Below are positions 26,870-41,250 of a DNA stretch of 64,000 bases, in pieces. Made by a program: the position numbers and the translations under genes. A model generated the notes under the pieces. That model searched no databases, was not told the DNA's origin, and saw only the letters and a list, made by a program, of their open reading frames with translations. Every line of letters begins with the position of its first letter. Position 1 is the stretch's first letter. This DNA comes from the human T2T-CHM13v2.0 reference genome, Homo sapiens: the NCBI RefSeq assembly GCF_009914755.1, contig NC_060928.1. One strand, 5' to 3'.

Positions 26870-27115
26870 TTTTACTTTGAATTGGATGGTTAGCTACTGA
26901 AATGTTTTGAGAAAAGAATTGCATAATCAAAGAAGTCACTCTAGCTACCGTGCTGAGAATAATAATGAGAGTGGAAGCAGAGAGAACAGTTAAAAGGATA
27001 TTGCAGTAATCCAGGTAAGAGATGCTGTGCTACAGACTAAAGGTGTTTTGAGATGATGAGAAGTGGTCAAATTCCAAATGTATTTGGAAGGTAGAAACAA
27101 CAGGAGTTGGAGTAC
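26870..27115 (-). mobile_element. L2 fragment
   Basis: gatattgcagtaatccaggtaagagatg...tatttggaaggtagaa. Confidence 0.65.
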
Positions 27116-27117
27116 GT

Positions 27118-30100
27118 GAAAGAGATGGGGAGAATGGAACCAAGTTGGAAAACGCACTTCAGGATATTATCTAGGAGAACTTCTCCAACCTAGCAAGACA
27201 GGCCGACATTCAAATTCAGGAAATACAGAGAACCCTGCTAAGATACTCCATGAGAAGATCCACTCCAAAACACATAATCATCAGATTTTCCAAGGTTGAA
27301 ATGAAGGAAAAAATGTTAAGGGTAGCCAGAGAGAAAGGCCGAGTTACCTTTCTGAAGGGAAGCCCATCAGACTATCAGCAGATCTCTCAGCAGATACCCT
27401 AAAAGCAAGAAGAAAGTGGGGGCCAATATCCAACATTCTCAAAGAAAAGAATTTTCAACCCCGAATTTCCTATCTGGCCAAACTAAAAGCAAGAAGAAAG
27501 TGGGGGCCAATATCCAACATTCTTAAAGAAAAGAATTTTCAACCCAGAATTTCCTATCTGGCCAAACTAAGCATCATAAGAAAAGGAGAAATAAAATCCT
27601 TTCCAGACAAGCAAATGCTGAGGGAATTCATCACCACCAGGCCTGCCTTGCAAGAGCTCCTGAAGGAAACACTAAATATGGAAAGGAAAACGTGGTACCA
27701 GCCACTGCAAAACACATGAAAATATAAAGACCAATGACACTATGAAAAAACAGCATCAACTAGTGTGCAAAACAACCAGCTAGCATCATGATGACAGCAT
27801 CGAATTCACATATAACAATGTTAACCTTAAATGTAAATGGGCTAAATGCCCCAATTAAAAGACACAGACTGGCAAATTGAATAAAGAATCAAGACCTATT
27901 GGTGTGCCGTATTCAAAAGACACATCTCATGTGCAAAGATTTGCATAGGCTCAAAATAAAGGGATGGAGGAAAATTTATCAAGCAAATGGAAAGCAGAAA
28001 AAAGCAGGAATTGCAATCCTAGTCTCTGACAAAACCAACTTTAAACCAACAAATATCAAAGATGACAAAGAAGGGCATTACATAATGGTAAAGGGATCAA
28101 TTCAATGAGAAGATCTAACTATCCTAAATATGTATGCACCCAACACAAGAGCACCCAGATTCATAAAACAAGTTCTTAGAGACCTACAAAGAGACTTGGA
28201 CTCCCACACAATAATAGTGGGAGACTTTAACATCCCACTGTTAATATTAGATAGATCAATGAGACAGAAAATTAACAAGGATATTCAGGACTTAAACTCA
28301 GCTCTGGATCGAGTGGACCTAATAGATATCTACAGAACTCTCCACCCCAAAACAACAAAATATACATTCATCTTATTGCCACATGGCACTTACTCTAAAA
28401 TCGACTACATAATTGAAAGTAAAACACTCCTCAGCAAATGCAAAAGAACGAAACAATAACAGTCTCTCAGACCTCAGTACAATCAAATTAGAATTTAGGA
28501 TTAAGAAACTCACTCAAAACCACACAACTGCATGGAAATTGAACAACCTGCTCCTGAATGACTCTTGGGTAAATAATGAAATTAAAGCAGAAATCAAGAA
28601 GTTATTTGAAACCAATGAGAACAAAGACACAACATACCAGAATCTCTGGGACACAGCTAAAGCAGTGTTAAGAGGGAAGTTTATAGCACTAAATGCCCAC
28701 ATCAGACAGCTAGAAAGATCTGAAATCAACACCCTAACATCACAATTAAAAGAACTAGAGAAGCAAGAGCAAACAAATTCAAAAGCTAGCAGAAGACAAG
28801 AAATAACTAAGATCAGAGCAGAACTGAGGGAGATAGAGACATGAAAAACTCTTCGAAAATATCAGTGAATCCAGGAGCTGTTTTTTGAAAAAATTAATAA
28901 AATAAATAGACCACTAGCTAGACTAATAAAGAAAAGACACAAATAGACACAATAAAAAATGATAAAGGGGGTATCACACAGACCCCACAGAATTAGAAAC
29001 TACCATCAGAGAATACTATAAACACCTTTACACAAATAAACCAGGAAATTTAGAAGACATTGATAAATTCCTAGACACATACACCCTCCCAAGACTCAGG
29101 AAGAAATCGAATCCCTGAATAGACCAATAACAAGTTCTGAAATTGAGGCAGTAATTAATAGCCTACCAACAACCACAAAAAAAGCCCAGGACCAGATGGA
29201 TTCACAGCCAAATTCTAGCAGAGGTACAAAGAGGTGCTGATACCATTCCTTCTGAAACTATTCCAAACAATCGAAAAGGAGGGACTGCTCCCTAACTCAT
29301 TTTATGAGGCAAGCATTATCCTGACGCCAAAACCTGGCAGAGACACAACAAAAAAAGAAAACTTCAGGCCACTATCCCTGATGAACATCAATGCAAAAAT
29401 CCTCAGTAAAACCCAGCAGCACATCAAAAAGTTTATCCACTATAATCAAGTAGGCTTCATCCTTGGGATGCAAGGTTGGTCCAAAACACACAAATCAATA
29501 AACATAATCTATCACATAAACAGAACCAATGACAAAAATCACATGATTATCTTAATAGATGCAGAAAAGGCCTTTGATAAAATTCAACATCCCTTCGTGT
29601 TAAAAATTCTCAATAAACTAGGTGTTGATGGAACATATCTCAAAACAATAAGAGCTATTTATGACCAATGCACAGCCAAAAGCATACTGAATGGGCAAAA
29701 GTTGTAAGCATTTCATTTGTAAACTGGCACAAGACAAGAATGTCTTCTCTCACCACTCCTATTCAACATAGTACTGGAAGTTCTGGCAAGGGCAATTAGG
29801 CAAAAGAAAGAAATAAAGGGAATTCAAATAGGGAGAGAGGAAGTCTAATTGTCTCTGTTTGCAGATGACATGATCCTATATTTAGAAAACCCCATCGTCT
29901 CAGCCCAAAAACTCCTTAAGCTGATAAGCAACTTCAGGAAAGTCTCAGGATACAAAATCAATGTGCAAAAATCACAAGCATTCCTATACACAAACAATAG
30001 ACAAGCAGAGAGCCAAATCATGAATGAACTCCCATTCACAATCTCTACAAAGAGAATAAAATGCCTAGGAATACAGCTAACAAAGGACATGAAGGACCTC

Positions 30101-31821
30101 TTCAAGGAGAACTACAAACCACTGCTCAAGGAAATAAGAGAGGAAACAAACAAATGGAAAAACCTTCCATCCTCATGGATAGGAATAATCAATATTGTGA
30201 AAATGGCCATACTGTAATTTATGGATTCAATGGTATTCCCATCAAACTACCATTGACATTCTTCACAGAATTAGAAAAAACTACTTTAAAATTCATATGG
30301 AACCAAAAAAGAGCCCACATAGCCGAGACAATCCTAAGCAAAAAGAACAAAGCTGGAGGCATCATGCTACCTGACTTTAAACTATGCTACAAGGGTATAG
30401 TAACCAGAACAGCATGGTATTGGTACCAAAACAGACATATAGAACCATGGAACAGAATAGAGCTGAGAAACAAGACCACACATCTATAGCCATCTGATCT
30501 TCAACAAACCTGACAAAAACAAGCAATGGAGAAAGGATTCCCTATTTAATAAATGGTGCTGGGAAAACTGGCTAGCTATTTGCAGAAAACAGAAACTGGT
30601 CCCCTTCCTTACACCTTATACAAAAATTAACTCAAGATGGATTAAAGACTTAAACATAAAACCTAAAACCATAAAAACCCTAGAAAGAAAACCTAGATAA
30701 TACCATTCAGGACATAGGCATGGGCAAAGGCTTCATGACAAAAACACCAAAAGCAATGGCAACAAAAGTCACAATTGACAGGTAGGATTTAATTAAACTA
30801 AAGAGCTTCTGTACAGCAAAAGAAATTATCACCAGAGTGAACAGGCAACCTACAGAATGGGAGAAAATTTTTGCAATCTACCCATCTGACAAAGGGCTAA
30901 TATCCAGAATCTACAAGGAACTTAAACAAATTTACAAGAAAAAAAAACAAACAACTCCATCAAAAAATGGGCCAAGGATACGAACAGACACTTCTCAAAA
31001 GAAGACATTCATGCGGCCAACAAACATATGAAAAAAGCTAAACACCACTGATCACTAGCGAAATGCAAATCAAAACCACAATGAGATACCATCTCATGCC
31101 AGTCAGAATGGCGATTATTTAAAAAGTCAAGAAACAGCAGATGCTGGCAAGGCTGTGGAGAAATAGGAACACTTTTACATTGTTGGTAGGAATATAAATT
31201 AGTTCAACCATTGTGGAAGAGAGTGTAGTGATTCCTCAAGGATCTAGAACTGGAAATACCATTTGACCCAGCGATCCCATTACTGGATATATACCTAAAG
31301 GAATGTAAATTATTCTATTATAAAGATATATGCACGTATATGTTTATTGCAGCGCTATTCACAATACAAAGACATGGAGCCAACCCAAATGCTTATCAAT
31401 GATAGACTGGATAAATAAAATCTGGTACATATACACCATGGAATACGATGCAGCCACAAAAAGGAATGAGACCGTGTCCTTTGCAGGGACATGGATGAAG
31501 CTGGAAGCCGCCATCCTCAGCAAACTAACACAGGAACAGAAAACCAAACACTGCATGTTCTCACTCATAAGTCAGAGTTGAACAATGAGAACACATGAAC
31601 ACATGGACACAGGGAGGGGAACATCACACACCCGGGCCTGTCAGGAGTGGGGGTGAGAGGATGGAGAGCATCAGGACAAATAGCTAATGCGTGCAGGGCT
31701 TAAAACCTAGGTGACAGGTTGATAGATGCAGCAAACCTATCAACGTATACCTATGTAACAAACCTGCACTCCCTTCGCGTGTATCCTGGAACTTAAAGTA
31801 AAAAAATAAAAAAGAAAAAAA
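27118..31821 (+). mobile_element. 5'-truncated L1PA (about PA7-PA10) with disrupted ORF1/ORF2
   Basis: ORF fragments 27899-31581 match L1 ORF2p ([14 protein letters not shown]); multiple stops and frameshifts; 3'UTR and A-tail at about 31800. Confidence 0.96.
27399..27570 (+). repeat. 84-bp tandem duplication inside L1 ORF1 remnant
   Basis: ctaaaagcaagaagaaagtgggggccaatatcc... starts at 27399 and 27483; two mismatches between copies. Confidence 0.95.
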
Positions 31822-33129
31822 ATACAATATTTTGTTCTGAGCAGGACCACAGTTAAACTTCTCATGATTTAAACTTCCTAAATTTCTTGTGTTGGTTTTA
31901 TGAGTTAAATAAATTATCATTGCTTTTATAACATGTTTAAATTTACATATATGAATGTATGTAAATTTATGTGTGTATACACATATAAATAAATGTGTGT
32001 ATGTATAAATGTATGTGTGTATACATATATAAATAAAATGTTTGTAATTGTATTTGTGAAAAAAAGCTATCTACTCCTTTTTTCCCTAGAGCAGGATGAT
32101 CTCATGCCTCTAATTCTGCCTCCAAGAAAATATGAATTTGAGCTCTTCTACCATAATATTATGTGACCAGCAATCTGCTAGAAGGCATGAATGTTTGTAG
32201 TTTAGCTATGTCATCATGTAGTGCTTAGGTGACTAGAAACATAGGCCCTGCAAGCATTTCACTCTCAGAGAGTCATACTAGACCCCTTTAAACACAGGCT
32301 CTCTTAATGATGATGAGGGAGCTGCCCTGGTAAGTCTGTCAGGGTGTAGGCTATGACGGGCCCTATGCATTCCCATCATCCCCATCCTAGCAGTATGTTC
32401 TCAGTCCACTAGATGAAATGAGATTCTACCGTGCAGTTCTCTCAGACCCAGATCCCCTTTCCTTCTCCACTTGCCTTTCTTTTCCCTGAATCCTGTTATT
32501 CTCTCTTTAGACCTCTCAACAACAAAAAAAGATTCCCTGTAATCTTTCACATTAGCTATTGAAGATACATCAGGAAGGGCCCAGGTATTTGAAACAAGAA
32601 GGTTTATCTCTCTGGGGGTAGGGAGCTACCTTCTAATCTTTCTGATGACTCACACTCACCCCTTTCCCCTAAGGATGCATCAGGGACTAACTTCCCTTTA
32701 TAGCAGGGAAAATGAAAATATAAGTTAAAGTCTCAACAATTCAACTTACTTATTACATTTTACCTATGTGCTACAGTACTAACCTAACTACGTTGTAGAG
32801 AAACTTGATTAAATAAGATGATGTATATAAACCATGAGACACTCAATACAGATTCTTTCCATCTTAATCTTAGCATTTACCTCATTCCCATTTAACCTTA
32901 AAATTCAATCCTTAAGCTTTCTTTTTTATACCTTCAGGCTTTTCTTTCTTCAGACCTCAATTCTCAGAGTTCCTAACACCCAACATTTCTTTTTAGTTAT
33001 TTTTATTCACTTCATAAAATCCCAATTCTGAAAGAATTCTTAAAGTTTAACATTAATAACCAATATTTCTCTTTTTCTTCAGATTTCATGTTCTCCACTT
33101 TGGGAGTCCAGATCTCTGCTGTCCATTCC

Positions 33130-33550
33130 ACGTCAGCCATGTTAATTAACCTCCTTGCTGATTTTCGAGCCCTCCAGGCATGCATTCACTCCAGAGTCTT
33201 GCACTGACATTTCCTCTTCCTTACTCTTCCTCTACATATCTGCATGGCACACTCTCTCATCTTTCCAGCCATTGCTTAAGCGTCAGCCTCTCAATGAGGC
33301 CTACTGTCACCATCCTACTTAAAATCACAGTCCCTGGCATTTCTGATTCTCTTTCCCAGCTCTAGACGGTGATAGAATGTGTCATCATCTTACATACTAG
33401 ATAACTTATTTATGTTTATTATTATCATTTGTCTATCAAGAATGTAAGTTCTATGAGGGTAGGGATGTTTATCTATTTTGTTCATGGCTATATCCCCAGG
33501 GGACAGAATGATGCTTGTTATATAGTAAGCACTTAATAAACTAGTTGAAA
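33130..33550 (+). mobile_element. L2 3' end
   Basis: aatgtaagttctatgagggtagggat...gtaagcacttaataaactagttgaa. Confidence 0.8.
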
Positions 33551-33685
33551 AATACCTACAGTTTATGAGTGTATATACAAAATATTTCCTACTCATAATA
33601 TATATGTATATATGTATGAATGTATGTGTATCCCATCTTATTTAGCAAGGACTCAAGACACCAACACAAACATACATATCTGTGT

Positions 33686-33686
<1 letters not shown>

Positions 33687-33719
<33 letters not shown>

Positions 33720-33754
33720 TCTCTCTGTCCCTCTCTCTCTTTCTCTCTCTCTCT
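33687..33754. repeat. (CA)16 followed by (CT)n microsatellite
   Basis: Direct reading. Confidence 0.95.
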
Positions 33755-34169
33755 ACAGTATCGGTCTTAAGAACACTTTACCGAATTTAGTACTATATAA
33801 GAACACAATACAATTAAGACAAGCAGATCTTTCTAATTGAAATAGTTATGTCATTGTGCTATTTCTTATGCCATTAAAGTTAACACAATTATATTTAAAA
33901 CATATATTTTTCTAGCACAAAGCAACTAATATGGAACTACCAGGAAGAAGAAATCCAGGCAAGAATAAATCTTGGAAAAAGGAAACTTTTAGACTCTAGC
34001 CCCAAAAATGGTATATGTGTGTTACATCAACACATGTTTTGGACCTTGTTAAGACATCACATAAATAATAGGGGTTAAATTAAATATTAACACTTTTAGG
34101 GAGTAATTGTGAACATACTTTATTAGAAACGTCTCTATATTTATTTCAAAATTTATCTATCTCTTGAAC

Positions 34170-34516
<347 letters not shown>

Positions 34517-35062
34517 TATCTCTTGAACTTTTGATAATTCCTGTAAAAGAAACATAGGAAAATCACTGTTATGATTCAGTTTATATTGATCATACATAAT
34601 TCTGTGTATTTGGGTGTGTATAAGCAGCAATAAAGTTTATTTTAGAGTTGGAAAAAATGTTAATAGCCTGGTTCCTATATTCAAAATCAGCATTTCAAAA
34701 ATATAAAAACCTTTTTATCCACCCCCCACTAATATATTTAAGGCTTTTGAGATATAGCTTTGCACCCTAAATGCTGAGGCTAGAATGAAAAGACTCAGAT
34801 ATTTGTTATTTTAAAAAAGGAAAGAATTGTGAATCTAGTTTTAATTTTACTATTATTAAAAAATAACTCTAGAGAAAGAAAATTTTCTTCAACTAGAATA
34901 ATTTTGTGACAAGTCACCTACACTAAAATAGGTAAAGAAAATCCCAATAGCCCATAAATTAAAGAGGAAATGTATATAAGAAATTATAATATCAAATGCT
35001 CTTATAAAAGTGTATAAGACAACAGAAATACTCCTCACTTTTTACTGTTTCCAGAGCTTAAA

Positions 35063-36249
35063 CTTTTTCAAATTGATATACAATAGTTTTACATATTTAA
35101 GAGGTACATGTGATATTTTGATAAATGCATACAATGTGTAATGATCAGATCAGGGTTTTTGGGATATCCATCACCTCAAATGTTTATCACATCTTTGTGT
35201 TGTGAACATTCCAAAGGCCCTCCTCTATCTGTTTCAAAATATACAATAAATTGTTGTTAACTGTAGTCACCATACTGTGCTATCAAACACTATAACTTAA
35301 TCCTTCTACCTAACTGTATTTTGTACCCATTAACCAACCCCTTTTCTTCCCCACTCCTGTCTACCCTTATCAGCCTATGATAACCATCATTCTACTCACT
35401 ACCTCCATTAGGTCAATGTTTTAGCTCCTACATATTAGTGAGACCATGTAATATTTGTCTTTCTGTGCCTGGCTTATTTCACTTAACAGAATGTTCTCCA
35501 GTTCCATCCATGTTGCTGTGAAAGAAAAGATTTTATTCATTTTTATGGCTGAATAATATTCCATTGTATATATGTACCACATTTTCTTCATTCATTCATT
35601 GATGGACATTTTGGTTGATTTCATGTCTTGGTTATTGTTAATAGTGCTGCAATAAACATGAGAGTGCAGATATCTCTTTGATGTACTGACTTATTTTCTT
35701 TTCAATATATATCCAGCAGTGGGATTACTGGATCACATGGTAGATCTATTTTTAGTTTTTTCAGAAACCTCCATACTGGTTTCCATAGTGCTGTACTGAT
35801 TTACATTTCCACCAATGGTGTATGAATGTTTGTTCCCCTTTCTCTGCATCCTCACCAGCATCTGTTATTTTCTATCTTTTTGATAATAGCCATTTTACCT
35901 GAGGTAAGATGATATCTCATTGTGGTTTTGATTTGCATTTTCCTGATGATTAGTGATGTTGAACATTTTTTTCATGGACTTCTTGGCCATTTGTATGTCT
36001 TCTTTTAAGAAATGTCTATTCAGATCTTTTGCACATTTTTAATTGAAATATTAGTTATTTTGCTATTGAGTTGTTTGAGTTCTTTATACATTCTGGCAGA
36101 GTGATAGTTTGCACATTTTTTCTCCTGTTCTGTAGGTTGTCTCTTCACTTTGTTGACAGTTTCATCCGCTGTGTAGGTCTTTAGCTTGATGTAATTCCAT
36201 TTGTCAAATTTTGCTTTTGTTGCCTGTGCTTTTAAGGTAATACTCAAAA
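35063..36249 (-). mobile_element. L1MA-type 3' portion
   Basis: ggtacatgtgatattttgataaatgcatacaatgtgtaatgatc; TSD-like cagagcttaa (35052) / cagagcctaa (36250). Confidence 0.9.
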
Positions 36250-36419
36250 CAGAGCCTAAGTTCTTAATGACCACCCTTTCACTGCATTTACTATTGAGCT
36301 AAGAATTGACCTCAAATAATTTGGTTTGTGTCAAATACCTGGTTGTCATTGCGGTAGACATAATTTCCCTAGTCCTTCATATAGCTATGTTAAACTTTTT
36401 CTTCACATTTTGGCCTGAC

Positions 36420-37830
36420 AGTGAAAACAGCTTCAAGCTTCATATACTATACTCATCTACAAAATTCCTAGAAAGTCACCCACACCCACTCTCAATCCAT
36501 ACTCAATCCTCATGCATGAAGGATGTGACCCAGACCAGTGACAATAATATATTACATTTACCTTTTGGTGACAGATTCAGAGACAAGCATATGACTTGAA
36601 CAGAAGCATAAGATACAGTGACTTTCCAGGACTTTTGTAGAAGAGCCAGTTGCTCTTTTTTAATATAACATGTGAAGCTTGAAGCTGTTTTTACTGTCAG
36701 GCCAAAACATGAAGAAAAAGCTTAATATAGATATATGAAAGACTATGGAAATCATTCATTCAACCTTTCATTAAACAAATATTTAAATGCCTGATTGAGA
36801 GAGAATCAGGTATGAAATAGTCTTAAAATGTGGGAAGGAAAATCAACTGGAAGATGTAGTAGCATGACCAGGCAGAGCTAAATACTTACCAAAGTTTAAT
36901 GGTTATAAACCTAGTCAGAAAGAGGGTATAATTCTTTCGTACTAGATTCAGCTGATGATATTCAGGCAGGGAGTAGGTGTATAGTTGACTTTATCAGAGC
37001 TGGGGTTTTGTTAGACCAATATAATAGAGGGGAGAGACACAAAGACATTGAATGTTTAAATGTGTATGTGTGTGTCATTGTGTGTTGGGGGGAAGTATGC
37101 AAGGAAGTGATTATAGTGATGTGATAGACAATGAGGGAAATGTGTATAGCAAGAGTATATTGCATGGCAGGAAGTGATAAGGTCAACACATTAAGAGTCT
37201 TCACTAGTATACAGAATTGCAAAAATGAGTTTCCTTGATTTGAATTGGTGGTTTAAAAAGTTGATGCTTGAAATATTTTGGTGGTGGTAAAGTTATCAGT
37301 AATGATAAGGCCTCGTGTATGCCCATAAGAGTGTGGGGTAAGAGGACATGATATTGAATTAATCAACAAGTTATTTGCATCATCCATTTGATGGTTAAAT
37401 TTGGTGAACATGATGATTGTAATAAACACAAAGACAACGAATCAGAAGCTAAAACTTTTAGGAAATCAGAAGTTTTGGGGGTTTTGGTAGATGACTTTGT
37501 TAAGGAGAAAATAGTCTTTACTTATGCTTCAAAGGAGTTGACCTTTTGAGAAGAGTGAAAAGAGAAATATGGGTTACAGAACCAATGCTGAGAACATTTT
37601 GAAATCTGTAGTCCTAAATTTGAAAGGGACCCCAGTCTGTATGGCTCTTTTTTTTCCCATATGCTCCAACTGATTTGGTACAGGTGCAGAGTAAGCAAAC
37701 ATCATGGAAACCACATCTAATGCCCTTTGAGTCCCAAATCAAGCTGTGCTTGAAGCTAACTATAGCAAAGATGTTTTAACTCGTGAGCCTATAAAAATGT
37801 TTTTCTACTTAACCAGTCTTCACTTAAAAG
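36420..37830 (+). mobile_element. Old ERVL-type LTR (LTR16/33-like) fragments interrupted by an antisense L2 piece (about 36755-37560)
   Basis: gatgtgacccagacc...catatgact and tcaagctgtgcttgaagc...gtgagcc motifs; cattcattcaa L2 end at 36753. Confidence 0.4.
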
Positions 37831-37904
37831 TAAAAAAAATTCTAATGCCAAATGTAGTTAATTCATTCTGTTGAAAGGAGAAAACAATCGGGAAGAGAAA
37901 AAAG

Positions 37905-38125
37905 ATTTATTGAGAGCCTCTTGTGAACGCATTGCTGAATGCTTTGCCTGAATTACTTCATTTAATCCTCAAAACAAACCAACAGATGAAATTATTCTGT
38001 TTTCTAGCAGAAGAATTGGAATTTCAGAACAGTCATGCAACTTACAGTCACAAAGCCAAGTGAGCTGTTGACTGAGACTCAATTTCAGGTATGTGAGATT
38101 CAAAGCCCATGTGCTCTTTATTATT
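37905..38125 (-). mobile_element. MIR SINE
   Basis: atttattgagagcct...tcatttaatcctc...gattcaaagcccatgtgct. Confidence 0.75.
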
Positions 38126-38611
38126 TCATAGTTCACTTATACTTTGCTTTGTAACTATCTGCACTCTGATTTCCTCTTGTGGGATTATTATTTTTCCATT
38201 GGGTCTAGTCTAGAAGGACTATAACTTCTCCACTCCCCTAACTTAGAAACAAGCATTTGACTCTAACCAGTTCAATTTGATAGCAAGATCTAGTGCTGTG
38301 AGGTTTGAGTGACTGGGGAAGATTCAGAGGCTATTTAAGAGGTAAATAGGACTTGGTCATTTATTGCATAGATGTAGTATTTTACCACATCTGAAAATTA
38401 GAATAAAATATATCTTGCCAAAAACTGATAGCTTCCCACTTTTGTAATGTTTGGATGAAAAGGCATAAAATAAAAAGCACAATTGTTCCTTGAAGTTGGG
38501 AAAATTATGCCAGTAATTATATTCTGAATCATTGTTTCATTAATAACATTTTGTGTTTTCCCTCCATTATTATTCCTAGGTCTTATTGAGTTTTTAAAAA
38601 TTAAATTTGGT

Positions 38612-38953
38612 TTTTTAATTAAACAATTTACTTTTCAGGCTTTAAAAAGCTGCAAAATAGTACAAAGAATCCTCATGTACCTTTTATCTAGCTTCTATGA
38701 ATATTAACATTTGGACCACAGCACAATGATCAAAATGAGACAGTTAACATTAATACAAAAATGCTAACTAATCTGCATATTTTATTCAGATTTGTCAGTT
38801 GACCCACTAATGTCCTCTTCTGCATGAGGCTTCAATCCAGGAGAGCATATTGTATTTATTGTCATGTCTCCTTACCTGCTCCAATCTGGGACAGTTCTTC
38901 AGTCTTTGGCTCTCAGAACTTGAGACTTTTGAAGATGACCGATCAGTATTTTA
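38612..38953 (-). mobile_element. Old L1M 3' end fragment
   Basis: gctgcaaaatagtacaaagaatcctcatgtacc. Confidence 0.65.
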
Positions 38954-38955
38954 TA

Positions 38956-41248
38956 TAGGCATACATCATTTTTATTGCACTTTGCCTTTTCACAGATATT
39001 GTGGTATTGGTTTTTTGGTTTTATTTTTAATTGAAGGTTTGTGGTAACCCTGCATCAAGCAAGTGTATTGATACCATTTATCCAGCAGCACATCTTCATT
39101 TCATAACTCTGTGTCACATTTTGGAAATTCTCAAAAATTTCAAACTCTTTCATCATTTTTATATCTGTTATGGCGATCTATGTCAGTGACCTTTTATGTT
39201 ACTATTGTAATCATTTGGGGATGCCATGAACCATGCCCATATAAGATTGCGAACTTAATAGATAAATCTGTGCTTCCTGAGTGCTCCACCAACTGGCTAT
39301 TCCTTGCCTCTCTCATCAGGCTTCCCTGTTCCTGGAGACACAGCAATGTTAAAATCAGGCCAATTAATAACCCTACAATGGCTTCTAAGTGTTCCGCGAA
39401 AGGAAGAATGTCTCTCGGATTAAATCGAACGCTATTAATACAAACAGTTAAGCCTAGTGAGGAAGGCACGACGAAAGCCAAGATAGAATGAAAGTTAGGG
39501 CTCTTGAGCCAAACAGTGAGCCAAGTTGTGAATGCAAAGGAAAAGTTCTTGAAGTAAAATTGCTAACCCAGTGAAGATACAAATGATAAGAAAGCCAAAC
39601 AGCCTTACTGATGATATGGAGAAGTTTTAGTGATTTGCATAGAAGGTCAAACCAGTCACTGCATTCCCTTTAAGTCAAAGCCTAATCCAGAGAAAGGCCT
39701 AACTCTCTTCAATTCTATGAAGGCTGAGAGAGGTGAAGAAGCTGCAGAAGAAACACTGGAAGCTAGCAGAGGTTGGTTGATGAGGTTAAAGGGAAGAAGC
39801 CACCTCCATAACATGAAAGGGCAAGGTGAAGCAGCAAATGCTGTTGTAAATGCTGCAGCAAGTGATCCGGATCTAAGTAAGATCGCTGAAGATGGTGGCT
39901 ACACTAAACAACAGATTTTCAATGTAGACGAAACAGTCTTATATTTGAAGAACGCGCCATTTATGACTTTCATAGCTAGAGAGTAGTAGTCAATGCCTAC
40001 TACTACAGGACAGGCTGACTCTCTTGCTAGGGGTTGGTGCACCTGGTAGCTTTAAATTGAAGCCAATGCTCATTTACCATTCAGAAAATTATAGGGCCCT
40101 TAAGAATGATGCTAAATCAACTCTGTGTTCTAGAAATAGAATAACAAAGCCTGAATGACAGCACATCTGTTTACAGCCTGGTTTACTGAATATTTCAAGC
40201 CCATTTCTGAGATCTAAAGCTAAGAATAAAAGAATTCCTTCCAAATATTACTACATATTGACAATATACCTGGTCAACCAACAGCTTTGATAGAGATTAA
40301 CATTGTTTTTATGCCTGCAAACACAACGTCCATACCATAGCCCATGGATCAAGGAGTAATTTTGACTTTCAAGTCTTACTATTTAAGAAATATGTTTTCT
40401 TAAAGAAAGCTGCCATAGACAGTGATTCCTCTAATAGGAGGAGCTCCAAATAGCAACATTAACAGGAGTTTGGAAGAAGGTGATTCCAACTCTCACGGAT
40501 GAGTATGAAGGGTTCAAGACTTCAGTGGAAGAAGTAAGAGCAGGTGTGATAGAAATAGCAAGAGAACTAGAATTAGGAGTGGAGCCAAAAGGTGGGACTG
40601 AATTGTTGCAATATCGTGATAACATTTGAATGGATGAGAAGTTGCTTTTTGTGGATGAGCAAAGAAAGTAGTTTCTTGAGATGAAATCTACTTTTGGTGA
40701 AGATCCTGTAAACATTGTTGAAAGGACAACAAAGGACTTAGAATATTTCATAAACTTAGCGGATAAAGCAGTGGCAGGGTTTGAGAAGATTAACTGCAAT
40801 TTTTGAGAGTGGCTCATGTGGGTAAAATACTATCAAACAGCATTGCATACTTTTCCTATTGTGAAAGGAATAGTCAATCAATGTGGCAAGCCTCATTGTT
40901 GTCTTCTTTTAAGAAATTGCCCTGCTACTCTAATCTTCACCAACCATTAGACTGATTAGTCAGCAGCCATCAACATTGAGGCAAGACTCTCCATCAGCAA
41001 AATGTTTACAACTCATTAAAGGCTCAGATGATTGTTAGCATTTTTTAGCAATAGAGGATTATAAATAAGGTATGTAGTATTTTTAGATGTAATGCTACAT
41101 CACACTTAATAGACTACAGTAGAGTGGCATAAATATAACTTTTATATGCACTTGGAAACCAAATATTTTATGTGAATCACTTTATTGCAATATTTGCTTT
41201 ATTGCTGTGGTCTAAAATCAAACCTGCAATATCTCCAAGATAACCCTG
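38956..41248 (+). mobile_element. Near full-length Tigger1 DNA transposon, transposase pseudogenised
   Basis: Ends taggcatac / aaccctg flanked by TA; ORF 39630-39986 FNSMKAERGEEAAEE...ASRGW...QQIFNVDET is Tigger1/TIGD1-like transposase. Confidence 0.93.
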
Positions 41249-41250
41249 TA

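Noticed and set aside
27788-31581. Second functional L1 ORF2
   Set aside because: Broken into many fragments by stops and frameshifts; ORF1 truncated
39630-39986. TIGD1-like transposase ORF as a gene
   Set aside because: Only a 118-aa fragment; surrounding transposase has stops and frameshifts
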